Source: Capsulimonadaceae bacterium (GTDB lineage Bacteria; Armatimonadota; Armatimonadia; Armatimonadales; Capsulimonadaceae). Taken from it: a stretch of 64,000 bases of DNA. Of the stretch, positions 9,121 through 18,583 are shown piece by piece. The notes below the pieces were generated by a model. That model was not told where the DNA came from and searched no databases. It was given only the letters and a program-made list of their open reading frames with translations. Made by a program: the position numbers and the translations under genes. The DNA lies in NCBI GenBank assembly GCA_965215505.1, contig OZ244065.1:64001-128000 (forward strand), read 5' to 3'. Numbering within the stretch: position 1 is the stretch's first letter; each line of letters begins with the position of its first letter.

Positions 9121-11670
9121 TTAGAAGCTGATTCCGAACTCGTCTACCAGTCCCTGCTCGAAGTAGAGGACTATCTTGAAGTTGTTTCCCCCTTCGCGCT
9201 GCACCTTAAACTCCTGTCCGGTCTTGAGTGCGCTCGGGAACGAGTTGACGAGCTTCTCGGGGTCGTACCACTTGGTCCACTTCAGGATGTAGTTCAGGTG
9301 GTCCGACAGCATCCCGACCGCCTTCTCGTTGTCCTCGGGCATGGAGCCGCCGTAGCCCAGCTCCCAGGCCGCGCGCAGGAGCCGCTTGAGGTAGACCTCC
9401 TGGCGGAACAAGTGCAGGTGCCGGTAGGACTGCTCGCCATCCTCCTTGTGGAGCCGGCGCAGTGTGCGCGGCACCGAGAGGAACGGCGACCGGCCGGAGA
9501 CGTGGGTGAAGGCCAGAAACGGCATGCTGCTGCTCAGAAGCTCGCTCATCAGGCCGTCGTTCAGGAAGTGGTCGGTGGGCAGGTCGGTCTCGCCAAGGTA
9601 GGGGTTGATGGACAGGTCAATGCCGACGCCGGGCAGGTCGGACCGCATGGAGGTCACTTCCTTCTTGGCGCGCTGGAGCTTCCGGCGCAGATAGTCCGGC
9701 ACGTCGTTCGCCATCAGCCGCCCCGCCGCGACGTAGCAGGACCGGACGGTCAGCTCGGGCACGTCCACGCCGACCTCGATCCCGCCCTCGGCCGTCTTGC
9801 CGGTGACCAGCTTGCCGTCGGGCGGCATGATCGTGAAGTCGGGCAGGCACAGGATGCCGCAGTCGCCCGACTCGCGCTCCACCACGGCGTCTATGGCGTA
9901 GGCGTCGTTGAGGTTCTGCAAATACTCGCGCCGCGCCCGCCCCGCCTGGACGCGCTCCTCGGGCGAGAAGAGCACCTGGAAGCCGTACTGGTAGCCCCAA
10001 TCCATCAGCGGCAGCATCTCGTCTACATAGGTCGTCTTGCCGTAAGTGTCGGCGTCCGGCATGACCGCGTCCTGGGCGGCACGGATCGACTCCAGGAGGG
10101 GGTCATCCAGCATGATCGAGTTCTGCTTGCGCTTCGCGGGCCGCTTTTTCTTGAACTCGGCGACGTTCGGCACGATCACGAACGAGATGGCGTCGCGGAA
10201 CTGGTTGTTGGCCTGGGCGTTGGCCCCTTCGAAGAACCGCTTCAGCTCGTCGGGCCGCGACAGGAAGAGGTGGGGCAGGTCTTCGTTCGCGACGATCAGC
10301 TCCGGCTTCATGCTGTCCGGCAGGCGCACGTCGGAGGGGAATTCGTTGAACAGCAGATAGACGCCCATGATCGTCTCGAACAGCGGCGTGACCGTCTGGA
10401 GGAACGACTCGACGGCATTGCTGTAGACCCCGAGGAACATGTCGTGGTAGTGTTCCACGTCCCGGATGTCCGGGTTCAGCAGGGCCAGCTCTTTGGGGTT
10501 CTGCAAGACGGTCGCGACGAGGTTGCCCATGAGCGGGGCGATCATGCCCCGGTCAATCATCTTGTCCATGAATTTGCCGACCGCGATGGGGAACCGCTTC
10601 TCGTGGGGGACCAGGGCGATGTCCTGGCCGGCGACCAGCTTGCCCTGCTCGCGGATCTTGTCCAGCGCGGTGTCCAGGGTCCGCACCGTGATGGCCGTGC
10701 CCGTGGAGCCGCCCTCGGACTTGACCAGTTCGCCGCCCTCCTCGCCCTTGCCTTCCAGCAGCTTCTTTTCGCCCTCCAAGAGCTTCTTGCCCTTCTTGCC
10801 GTCTGCGGCGGGGGCTTCCAGCGCGGGCAGGGTGGGCATGGAGCGCGGCGAGGCGATCAGCGACCGGTCCTTGCCGAACTCGATCTGGTACACGTTGGGG
10901 TCGATCGGGCCGCCGCCGGGCGACTGGCGTTTCAGCTCGTTTGCGGTCTGTTCCAGCCCGTAGACGACGGTGGGCAGGACGCGGACGGTGTCTTCCAAGG
11001 CACCCTGGAAGTCGTCGGCGGCCACCTGATAGGCTTCGAGGGCACGGGCGGTGTCCTTGGAGGCGGGGTTGCGCTTGACTTCCAGCATCAGGCGGTCGTT
11101 CTTGACCTGGACGTCCTCGGCGATCTTCCGCATCAAGGTCCGCTGGTTTTTTGGCTTGAAGGCGAACAGGGAGGCGTCCACGTCCACGCGGAAGGTGGAG
11201 ACGTCCTGCCGGACCCGCTTCTTGATCAGGTCGCGCAGGCAGCGGATGTACGGGTGGTCGGCGCTGACGCGGATCTTCTTCCAGCCCGGCCCACCTTCCA
11301 GCGAGAACTCGATCTGCGGCGGGCCGGGCGCTTCCTCAACGGGGGACGCTTCTTCTCCTTCCGCGGCACCCGCCTGGGTCATCTGCGGGCCGCGGACGCG
11401 GTAGTAGAAGCCGGGCTGGAACTTGTCGAGGAACTCGGTGAAGGAGGTGACCGTCAGGTTCTCGCGCACCAGCGACAGGAACTGCTCCTCCGACATCTCC
11501 TCGACGCGGGAGAGCAGGCTGCCCAGCGAGGGGGTGTACTCCCGGTCGCGCTCCAGGGCCTCGGGGTCGAGGTACTCGTCGAGGTTGACCTTGGCGAAAA
11601 GGATCGCGCGGTTGGTCTTCCCCAACATGCTGCGGTTCGCTTCCATGATCGTCTCATTGGTGATTGGCAC
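9121..11670 (-). CDS. Divergent contractile sheath-like protein (849 aa, single polypeptide)
   Basis: GTG start with AAAGGAG RBS. The C-terminal third carries sheath-like elements: LCLPDFT, VRSCYVAAGRL, SVPRTL...YRHLHLFRQEVYLKRLL (cf. GARTL...WRYVNVRR...YIERS) and terminal beta strands. Lies immediately upstream of the tube gene. Confidence 0.6.
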   Translation of the reverse strand: MPITNETIMEANRSMLGKTNRAILFAKVNLDEYLDPEALERDREYTPSLGSLLSRVEEMSEEQFLSLVRENLTVTSFTEFLDKFQPGFYYRVRGPQMTQAGAAEGEEASPVEEAPGPPQIEFSLEGGPGWKKIRVSADHPYIRCLRDLIKKRVRQDVSTFRVDVDASLFAFKPKNQRTLMRKIAEDVQVKNDRLMLEVKRNPASKDTARALEAYQVAADDFQGALEDTVRVLPTVVYGLEQTANELKRQSPGGGPIDPNVYQIEFGKDRSLIASPRSMPTLPALEAPAADGKKGKKLLEGEKKLLEGKGEEGGELVKSEGGSTGTAITVRTLDTALDKIREQGKLVAGQDIALVPHEKRFPIAVGKFMDKMIDRGMIAPLMGNLVATVLQNPKELALLNPDIRDVEHYHDMFLGVYSNAVESFLQTVTPLFETIMGVYLLFNEFPSDVRLPDSMKPELIVANEDLPHLFLSRPDELKRFFEGANAQANNQFRDAISFVIVPNVAEFKKKRPAKRKQNSIMLDDPLLESIRAAQDAVMPDADTYGKTTYVDEMLPLMDWGYQYGFQVLFSPEERVQAGRARREYLQNLNDAYAIDAVVERESGDCGILCLPDFTIMPPDGKLVTGKTAEGGIEVGVDVPELTVRSCYVAAGRLMANDVPDYLRRKLQRAKKEVTSMRSDLPGVGIDLSINPYLGETDLPTDHFLNDGLMSELLSSSMPFLAFTHVSGRSPFLSVPRTLRRLHKEDGEQSYRHLHLFRQEVYLKRLLRAAWELGYGGSMPEDNEKAVGMLSDHLNYILKWTKWYDPEKLVNSFPSALKTGQEFKVQREGGNNFKIVLYFEQGLVDEFGISF

Positions 11671-11846
11671 GGTCTCGTCTCCTTTGAGTTATCGCGGCGG
11701 GGCAAAAGCGGAATGGAAAGGCTGAATTGAAAGGCTAAACAGAAGTGCGCGAACAAAAAGAGTGTCGGGCCACCCTCACGACAATCATTCCCGTTTCCGG
11801 GCCGCCTGACACCTAACGAACGGGCGGATTTCGCGGCTGGTTTGAG

Positions 11847-12503
11847 TCACGCGGCGGAGCGGGCCACGAGCAGAAGCCACAGCCAGTAGCCAAGGCCCAG
11901 GCCGCCCCCCAGCGCGACCGCCAGCAGGACATAAGCCGGCCAGCCGGTGCGCGGGCGCAGGCGCAGAGTCGCCCGGTCCGGGAACGCTTTCTCCTCCTCC
12001 CAGGCCGGCCAGAGGGAGTGGGAGGCCAGCGACTTGTCGGGCGTCAGCCGGTGCCCGCGCCAGTCGCACAGGTCGAAGCAGCAGGGCCGCTCGGCCTTGT
12101 CAAGGATGAGCGCGACCACCCGGTCAATGCGGTCCTCGGCGTCCGCGTAGGTGTACTCAATGTTCCCGGCGACAAGCGTCGGCGGCCCGACTCGGTACAG
12201 GTCGCGCCGCAGCACCAAGGACAGCTCCGCGTAGGCCTGCCCCTCGCTCGTGAGCTGGGAGGCGAGGGAGGCGCTGCGCGGCAGGAACCTTTCGCCGAAC
12301 CAGAAGTGCCGCGAGATCCGCTCCAGGGCCTGCCGGGACCGGCGGACATCTTCATGGTTGATGCAGTCCTGGTATAGCTCCGCGAAGGTCGCGTGGAGCG
12401 GGTAGTCGCGCAGCCAGAACGGGCGGATGTCTGAAAGTTCCGGGATCGCGACCTTCACATCCACCGTACCCGTCCTGCCCGATTGTCCTGTCGAAATGCT
12501 CAT
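11847..12503 (-). CDS. Membrane-anchored protein with two ubiquitin-like (YukD/EsaB-type) domains
   Basis: Internal duplication HFWFGERFLPRSASLASQ...ELSLVLRR and DLCDWRGHRLTPDKSLASHSL...TLRLRPR, resembling ubiquitin LIFAGKQLEDGRTLSDY...TLHLVLR; C-terminal TM helix. Start uncertain (12503 or 12530). Confidence 0.5.
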   Translation of the reverse strand: MSISTGQSGRTGTVDVKVAIPELSDIRPFWLRDYPLHATFAELYQDCINHEDVRRSRQALERISRHFWFGERFLPRSASLASQLTSEGQAYAELSLVLRRDLYRVGPPTLVAGNIEYTYADAEDRIDRVVALILDKAERPCCFDLCDWRGHRLTPDKSLASHSLWPAWEEEKAFPDRATLRLRPRTGWPAYVLLAVALGGGLGLGYWLWLLLVARSAA

Positions 12504-12629
12504 AACGGTTACCGGACACCCATTCGCCACCCGCCGACGGGATTCCTGCCCTCACTTTTTTCGGCCCGCCTGTAGGACATTCGGGCATCGGCGTTGAATA
12601 GGACGGGCAGCGACCGCGAGAGGATCAAC

Positions 12630-15600
12630 ATGACACGGAAAAAGATGCAAGGCGGAAGAGCCTGCCGGGCACGTCGAGGGTGGATGAGTCGGGGGGCTGC
12701 GCTGCTGGCGGCCATGCTGGGGGCTACGGGCGGCGCGCAGGCGCAGCAGGCGGCGAAGACCGTGCCGCACCCGACGGATCTGTCCCAGGGGAACACGCTC
12801 TACCTCGTCGGCTACGCCCACCTGGACACGCAGTGGCGCTGGTCGTACCCGCAGGTGATCCGGGAGTTCATCCCCAACACCATGCACAACAACTTCCGGC
12901 TGTTCGACCAGTACCCCGACTACGTCTTCAACTTCAGCGGGTCGCGCCGCTATGAGATGATGAAGGAGTACTATCCGGACGACTATCTGAAAGTGAAGCA
13001 GTACGTCAAAGCCGGCAAGTGGTTTCCCTGCGGCTCGTCGGTGGATGAGGGCGACGCCAACGTGCCCTCCGCCGAGTCCCTGGTGCGCCACACCCTCTAC
13101 GGCAACCATTTCTTCCGCCGCGAGTTCGGCGTCGCCAGCCAGGAGTTCATGCTCCCGGACTGCTTCGGATTCCCTTACGCCCTGCCGACAGTGCTCGCCC
13201 ACTGCGGCATCCAGGGCTTCTCCACCCAGAAGCTCACCTGGGGGTCGGCGATCGGCATCCCCTTCCCGGTCGGCGTCTGGCAGGGGCCGGACGGCAAAGG
13301 CGTCGTGGCGGCCCTGGACCCCGGCAGCTACGCCGCCGGGTTCAACGAGGACCTGAGCCGGAACACGAGCTGGCTGGCGCGCATCCAGAAGACCGGCGCG
13401 TCGTCCGGCGCCTTCGTGGACTACCACTACTACGGCACGGGCGACCGGGGCGGGGCACCCGATGAGCGGTCCGTCGGCTGGATGGAGAAGAGCATCGTCG
13501 GGCCGGGACAGGTCAAAGTGGTCTCCGCCAGGGCCGACGAGCTGGTCAAGACGCTGACGCCGGCTCAGGTCGCCAGGATGCCGCGCTACAAGGGCGAGCT
13601 TCTGCTGACCCAGCACTCGGCGGGGTCCATCACGTCGGAAGCCTACATGAAGCGGTGGAACCGCAAGAACGAGCTGCTGGCCGACGCGGCGGAGCGCGCC
13701 TCGGTCGCCGCCTCCTGGCTTGGCGGGGCGAGTTACCCCACCAAGCGGCTGTATGATGCCTGGGACCTGGTGCTGGGTTCGCAGATGCACGACATGCTGC
13801 CGGGGACCAGCCTCCCCATCGCCTATGACTACTGCTGGAACGATGAGCTTCTGGCCCTGAACCAGTTCGGGGCGGTGACACAGGACGCGGTCGGCTCGGT
13901 CGCGTCCGCCCTGGACACGCGGGCGAAGGGCGTCGCGGTCGTCGTCTATAACCCACTGGCGACGGCCCGAGAAGACGTGGCCGAGGCGACCCTGACTTTC
14001 CCAAGCGCGGCCCCGGCACGGATACAGGTCTACGGCCCGAGCGGCCTGCCCGTGCCGACCCAGACTCTGGCGCGAGAGGGGAACACGGCCAGAATCCTGT
14101 TCCTGGCCCGCGTCCCTTCCACCGGCTTCGCGGCCTTCGACGCACGGCCCTTCACATCCAAGGCGGGGGCGGGCGGCCTCAAAGTCGGCCCCAACTCGCT
14201 TGAAAACGCCCGGTTCCGGGTGACGCTCAACGTGGACGGCGATATCGCCTCGCTCTACGACAAAGTGAATCACAAGGAGACGCTGGCGAACCCCGCCCGA
14301 CTGGCCTTCCAGTACGAGAATCCCAGCGCGTTTCCTGCCTGGAACATGGACTGGGCGGACGCCCAGAAAGCTCCGCGCGGCTATGTGAACGGCCCGGCCC
14401 AGGTGCGGGTCGTCGAGTCCGGCCCGGTGCGGGTCGCCCTGGAAGTGACGCGGACGACTGACGGCTCGCGGTTCGTGCAAACGATCCGGCTGGCGTCCGG
14501 CGGGGCAGGGGACCGCGTCGAGGTGGCGAACAAGATAGACTGGCAGACCCGGCAGACGGCCCTCAAAGCGTCCTTTCCGCTTACGACCCCGAACCCAAAG
14601 GCGACTTACGACCTGCAAGTCGGGGCCATCGAGCGGGGCAACAACGACCCCAAGAAGTACGAGGTTCCGCAGCACCAGTGGTTCGACCTGACTGCCGTGG
14701 ACGGCAGATACGGCGTCGCGGTCCTCAACGACTCCAAATTCGGATCGGACAAGCCCGACGACGGCACCGTGCGTCTGACTCTCTTGTACACCCCCGGTGT
14801 CCGGGGCGGCTACCAGGATCAGGCGACGCAGGACACCGGGCGGCACGACATCCTCTACGCGCTGGCCCCCCATGTGGGCGATTGGCGGCAGGCCAATGTC
14901 CCCTGGACGGCCAAGCGGCTCAACCAGCCTTTAATGACTTTCCAAACGCCTTCCCACGCCGGGGCGCTGGGCAAGACGCTCTCGCTGGCCTCCGTCAGCA
15001 CCCCGCAGGTCGAGATCTCGGCCGTGAAGAAGGCCGAGGACAGCGGCGAGATCATCGTCCGCCTGCGGGAGCTGCGCGGGAAACCTGCATCAGGCGTACA
15101 GGTCAGGATGGCCGCCCCGATCCTCTCGGCCCGCGAGGTGAACGGGCAGGAGGCACGGCTCGGCCCGGCGACCGTAAGGAACGGCGTCCTGACCACCGAC
15201 ATCGGCGGCTTCGGGCTGCGCGCGTTCGCGCTGAAGCTGGGCCGCCCGTCGGCCCACTCCGCCCCGATCCAGAGCCGGCCCGTCGCGCTCGCCTATGACA
15301 TAGACGCGGTCAGCTTCACCCGCGCGCCCGCCGACGGTTCCTTCGACGCATCGGGCCGGACATTCCCCGGCGAGGCGATGCCCGCCACGGTCGTCGCCGA
15401 CGGGATCGTGTTCAAGACCGGCCCGACGGCGGACGGCGCGAAGAACGCGCTGTCCTGCCGGGGGCAGACGATCGCGCTGCCCGCCGGGCAGAGGCGGGTG
15501 TACCTGTTGGCTGCCTCCTCGGACGGCGACATCCCCGCCCGCTTCACCGTCGGCGGCGAGACCTATCCGGCCACGGTGCAGGACTGGGGCGGCTTCATCG

Positions 15601-17006
15601 GGCAGTGGGACAATCGGCTCTGGCAGGGCGACGTGCCGGAACTGTCTTACGACTGGCACAACGAGTTCGGCGGCCTGACGCCCGGCTATGTGAAGCCCGC
15701 CGAGGTGGCCTGGTTCTCCTCGCACCGGCACAACCCGGCGAGCGGCAACGAGTTCTACGCCTACAGCTACCTGTTCAAGTACGGGTTCGACGTCCCCGCC
15801 GGGGCGGCCTCGCTGACGCTGCCCGATGACCCGCGCATCCGCGTCTTCGCCGTCTCCGTGACCGGCGGCGGGCACGACAGCGCCGTGGCCTCCCGACCCC
15901 TGTCCGACACGCTGGCCGACCACAAGGCAGGCGGCGGGCCGGAGACCGCGCCGACCATCTCGCCTGGGGGCGGCACGTTCCACGACGCGACCGTCGTGAC
16001 CATCCAGCACCCGCTCTACTGGCGCGTCGGCGGCCTGCACTACACCCTGGACGGCAGCGCGCCGACGGCGGCCTCGCCGGTCTACACCGGCCCCTTCACC
16101 CTGGAAGACGTGGCGACGGTCCGGGCGGCGGAGATCGACGGGGTGGGCGCGACGCAGAACATGGGACAGGTCGCGAGCGCCCGGCTGGACATCCACGACA
16201 CGACGCCGCCGCTCGTCGCCTCCGGGATGCTGCTGCCGGGACTGCCGCAGGCGACGGTGGACTTTTCTAAAGCCGTATCCAAAGAAACCGCCGAGCAGGC
16301 GGCCAACTACCACTTCGATGGGGCGCTGGCCGTCAAGTCCGCTTCGCTGGACGCGAACGGCCGGACCGTCACGCTGACTCTGGACCAGGCCCCGATGCCG
16401 GCCACGGTGGCGAAGCTCACGGTCAGAGGCGTCCGGGACACGTCCCCCGCCGGCAACCTGATCGTCCCCCAGCCGGTGGACGTGACCGGCGGCGTTCGGG
16501 TCTTCGCCAGCGGGCCGCTCCAGGCGAGTACGCCCCAGGAGTTCCGGGTGGCCGACCTGCCGGTCGGGGCGCGCGACCCGTGGACGATCAACCTGTTCGT
16601 CCGGATGGACCATCAGCCGGAGAACCGCACCATGATCGCCGGTTTCGGGCGGGCGACCGACGGGCAGAGTGGGACGGGGCGCTATCTGAGCAAGTTCGCG
16701 AACGGCATCCACTTCTGGAGCGCCAACGCGGACGTCGAGACGACCACGCCGCTGGACCTCGGCCGGTGGCAGATGCTGACAGCGACCTATGACGGCCAGA
16801 CGCTGCGGGTCTACAAGAACGCCGCCCAGATCGCCGCGCAGAAGGTGGACCTCGCCGACGACCGCCCGCGCGTCGAGGTGATGCCGAAGGACCCCTGGGA
16901 GCAGGAGCGCGTCCTGAACGGCGAGGTGCGGGACATGACGATCTGGAAGCGGGCGCTCTCGCCCGAACAGCTCCAGATGCTGTCCCAGGCCGGGGGAATG
17001 AAGTAG
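12630..17006 (+). CDS. Secreted multidomain GH38 alpha-mannosidase with Fn3-associated and LamG-like C-terminal domains
   Basis: Signal peptide; AHLDTQWRW, LPDCFGF, YYGTGDRGG, QMHDMLPGT GH38 motifs; HYTLDGSAPT (Fn3-associated); WQMLTATYDGQTLRVYKN (LamG). RBS favours ATG 12630. Confidence 0.93.
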   Translation: MTRKKMQGGRACRARRGWMSRGAALLAAMLGATGGAQAQQAAKTVPHPTDLSQGNTLYLVGYAHLDTQWRWSYPQVIREFIPNTMHNNFRLFDQYPDYVFNFSGSRRYEMMKEYYPDDYLKVKQYVKAGKWFPCGSSVDEGDANVPSAESLVRHTLYGNHFFRREFGVASQEFMLPDCFGFPYALPTVLAHCGIQGFSTQKLTWGSAIGIPFPVGVWQGPDGKGVVAALDPGSYAAGFNEDLSRNTSWLARIQKTGASSGAFVDYHYYGTGDRGGAPDERSVGWMEKSIVGPGQVKVVSARADELVKTLTPAQVARMPRYKGELLLTQHSAGSITSEAYMKRWNRKNELLADAAERASVAASWLGGASYPTKRLYDAWDLVLGSQMHDMLPGTSLPIAYDYCWNDELLALNQFGAVTQDAVGSVASALDTRAKGVAVVVYNPLATAREDVAEATLTFPSAAPARIQVYGPSGLPVPTQTLAREGNTARILFLARVPSTGFAAFDARPFTSKAGAGGLKVGPNSLENARFRVTLNVDGDIASLYDKVNHKETLANPARLAFQYENPSAFPAWNMDWADAQKAPRGYVNGPAQVRVVESGPVRVALEVTRTTDGSRFVQTIRLASGGAGDRVEVANKIDWQTRQTALKASFPLTTPNPKATYDLQVGAIERGNNDPKKYEVPQHQWFDLTAVDGRYGVAVLNDSKFGSDKPDDGTVRLTLLYTPGVRGGYQDQATQDTGRHDILYALAPHVGDWRQANVPWTAKRLNQPLMTFQTPSHAGALGKTLSLASVSTPQVEISAVKKAEDSGEIIVRLRELRGKPASGVQVRMAAPILSAREVNGQEARLGPATVRNGVLTTDIGGFGLRAFALKLGRPSAHSAPIQSRPVALAYDIDAVSFTRAPADGSFDASGRTFPGEAMPATVVADGIVFKTGPTADGAKNALSCRGQTIALPAGQRRVYLLAASSDGDIPARFTVGGETYPATVQDWGGFIGQWDNRLWQGDVPELSYDWHNEFGGLTPGYVKPAEVAWFSSHRHNPASGNEFYAYSYLFKYGFDVPAGAASLTLPDDPRIRVFAVSVTGGGHDSAVASRPLSDTLADHKAGGGPETAPTISPGGGTFHDATVVTIQHPLYWRVGGLHYTLDGSAPTAASPVYTGPFTLEDVATVRAAEIDGVGATQNMGQVASARLDIHDTTPPLVASGMLLPGLPQATVDFSKAVSKETAEQAANYHFDGALAVKSASLDANGRTVTLTLDQAPMPATVAKLTVRGVRDTSPAGNLIVPQPVDVTGGVRVFASGPLQASTPQEFRVADLPVGARDPWTINLFVRMDHQPENRTMIAGFGRATDGQSGTGRYLSKFANGIHFWSANADVETTTPLDLGRWQMLTATYDGQTLRVYKNAAQIAAQKVDLADDRPRVEVMPKDPWEQERVLNGEVRDMTIWKRALSPEQLQMLSQAGGMK

Positions 17007-17010
17007 GCCC

Positions 17011-18516
17011 GTGGCGCTCCAAAGCCTGTCACGCATCCTGCGTCCGCCGCCCTCCCTGCGCGGGGCTGTGCTTGGGGCACTGCTGGTCCTGCTCCTCGCC
17101 GTTCTTGGGGCGGGCGGCAGCCGCTGCGCGGCCCACCCGGCTTCCATCGCCGCCGCCACGGCCAAAGTGCAGCCGGACGGGTACTTCTCCGTGGAGGCGC
17201 GGTTTGACCTGCTGGCGTTCGTCCTGGACGACACGCCGCAGCGCATCGGTGATGCCCCGATGAACGCCCTGCTCGACGGCCCCGGGTCCGACTTGCAGGC
17301 GCAGCTTGGCGAAGCTGAGGGCCGGTTCCGGCATGACTTTCAGGCGTCCGGCGGGTCGGGGCCGGGCGTCGTTGACGCGGTCGCTTTCCCGAGCGTGGCC
17401 GACGTGCAGAAGTGGCGCGACTCGGGAATCAAGCCGCGCCTGCCGGTCACGATGACGGTGACGGTTTCGGGCCACCTGCCGCCGGGCGCGTCTTCGGTCT
17501 CGTTCCGGTTCCCGAACGTGCTGGGCATGATCGTGGTGACGACGGAGTTTCCCTACCGAGAGCCGATCTCCGAGCCGGTGGAAGCCGGGGCCTTCAGCAC
17601 GCCCCTGCCCCTGACCGCCGCCCTCCCGGCCGCCGCCGCTGTGGAGACATCATCTGCCCCCATGACGGCACCGGCTGTCCCGGTGGTCAAGGCGATCACC
17701 GCGCCCAAGCCCAAGCGCGCGGTAGCCAAAGCGCCGCACCCGACAACCGTTGCAACTCCGCAGATGCTCGCTACGCCCCGTCTTATTCCGCCCTCGGTCG
17801 CGCCTCCCGCCGCGCCGAAGCCTGCCCCGGCGGTTGGGCCACGGCTTGCCGTGAGGCCGGTAAGTCGATCCACCTTCAGGCCAACCCAGGCGGTTCAGCC
17901 CGCTCCGGCGGTGCCGATCATGGCTCCGCCCGCGCCGCCCGTCACGCACCCGCTGCCCTGGCCGGTGCTGGTGTTCCGCTATGTCCAGATGGGCTACACG
18001 CACATCCTGCCCCAAGGGCTGGACCATATCCTGTTCGTGCTCGGCCTATTCCTGCTCTCCACCCGGCTCAAGCCGCTGCTGTGGCAGATCACCGCCTTCA
18101 CCGTGGCGCACTCGCTGACCCTGGCGCTGTCTTTGTACGGCTTGGTGCGCCTGCCGCCCACCATCATCGAGCCGGTGATCGCCGCCTCCATCGCCTTCGT
18201 CGCGATTGAAAACCTGTTCACGACGGAGCTGAAGCCGTGGCGGCCGTTCGTCGTGTTCGGCTTCGGGCTGGTACACGGCATGGGGTTCGCGGGCGCGCTG
18301 AAGGACCTGGGGTTGCAGCGGCACGACTTCCTGACGGCCCTAGTGGGCTTCAACGCGGGCGTGGAGCTAGGGCAACTGTCGGTCGTGGCCCTCGCCTTGC
18401 TCGCGGTCGGCTGGCTCCGTTCCCGGCCAAGCTACCGCCGCCTGGTCGTCGTCCCTGCCTCGGTCATGATCGCCGCCGTCGCCGTGTTCTGGACCTTCCA
18501 GCGAATCCTGGCCTAA
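17011..18516 (+). CDS. HupE/UreJ family membrane protein with N-terminal exported domain and Pro/Ala linker
   Basis: GYTHILPQGLDHILF, ITAFTVAHSLTL, FGFGLVHGMGFA, FNAGVELGQ. Confidence 0.88.
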   Translation: MALQSLSRILRPPPSLRGAVLGALLVLLLAVLGAGGSRCAAHPASIAAATAKVQPDGYFSVEARFDLLAFVLDDTPQRIGDAPMNALLDGPGSDLQAQLGEAEGRFRHDFQASGGSGPGVVDAVAFPSVADVQKWRDSGIKPRLPVTMTVTVSGHLPPGASSVSFRFPNVLGMIVVTTEFPYREPISEPVEAGAFSTPLPLTAALPAAAAVETSSAPMTAPAVPVVKAITAPKPKRAVAKAPHPTTVATPQMLATPRLIPPSVAPPAAPKPAPAVGPRLAVRPVSRSTFRPTQAVQPAPAVPIMAPPAPPVTHPLPWPVLVFRYVQMGYTHILPQGLDHILFVLGLFLLSTRLKPLLWQITAFTVAHSLTLALSLYGLVRLPPTIIEPVIAASIAFVAIENLFTTELKPWRPFVVFGFGLVHGMGFAGALKDLGLQRHDFLTALVGFNAGVELGQLSVVALALLAVGWLRSRPSYRRLVVVPASVMIAAVAVFWTFQRILA

Positions 18517-18547
18517 ATGGAAGCGCAAAAAGGAGGCGAAAAGAAAA

Positions 18548-18571
18548 GGGCGCGATGAATCGCGCCCCTAC
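18548..18571 (-). repeat. GTAG-type REP palindrome between convergent genes
   Basis: Minus strand GTAGGGGCGCGATTCATCGCGCCC. Confidence 0.65.
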
Positions 18572-18583
18572 CTGGCTTCCGCC

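Noticed and set aside
9001-11730. 909-aa plus-strand ORF and many other long antisense ORFs (for example 41-1294, 6791-8668, 18668-20827, 56951-59101)
   Set aside because: Shadow frames of high-GC genes on the opposite strand; no motifs or RBS.
1-12530. Prophage tail or R-type tailocin interpretation
   Set aside because: No capsid, terminase, tape measure, lysis or integrase genes in view; TssK-like and membrane proteins argue for a cell-anchored machine. The left flank is unseen.
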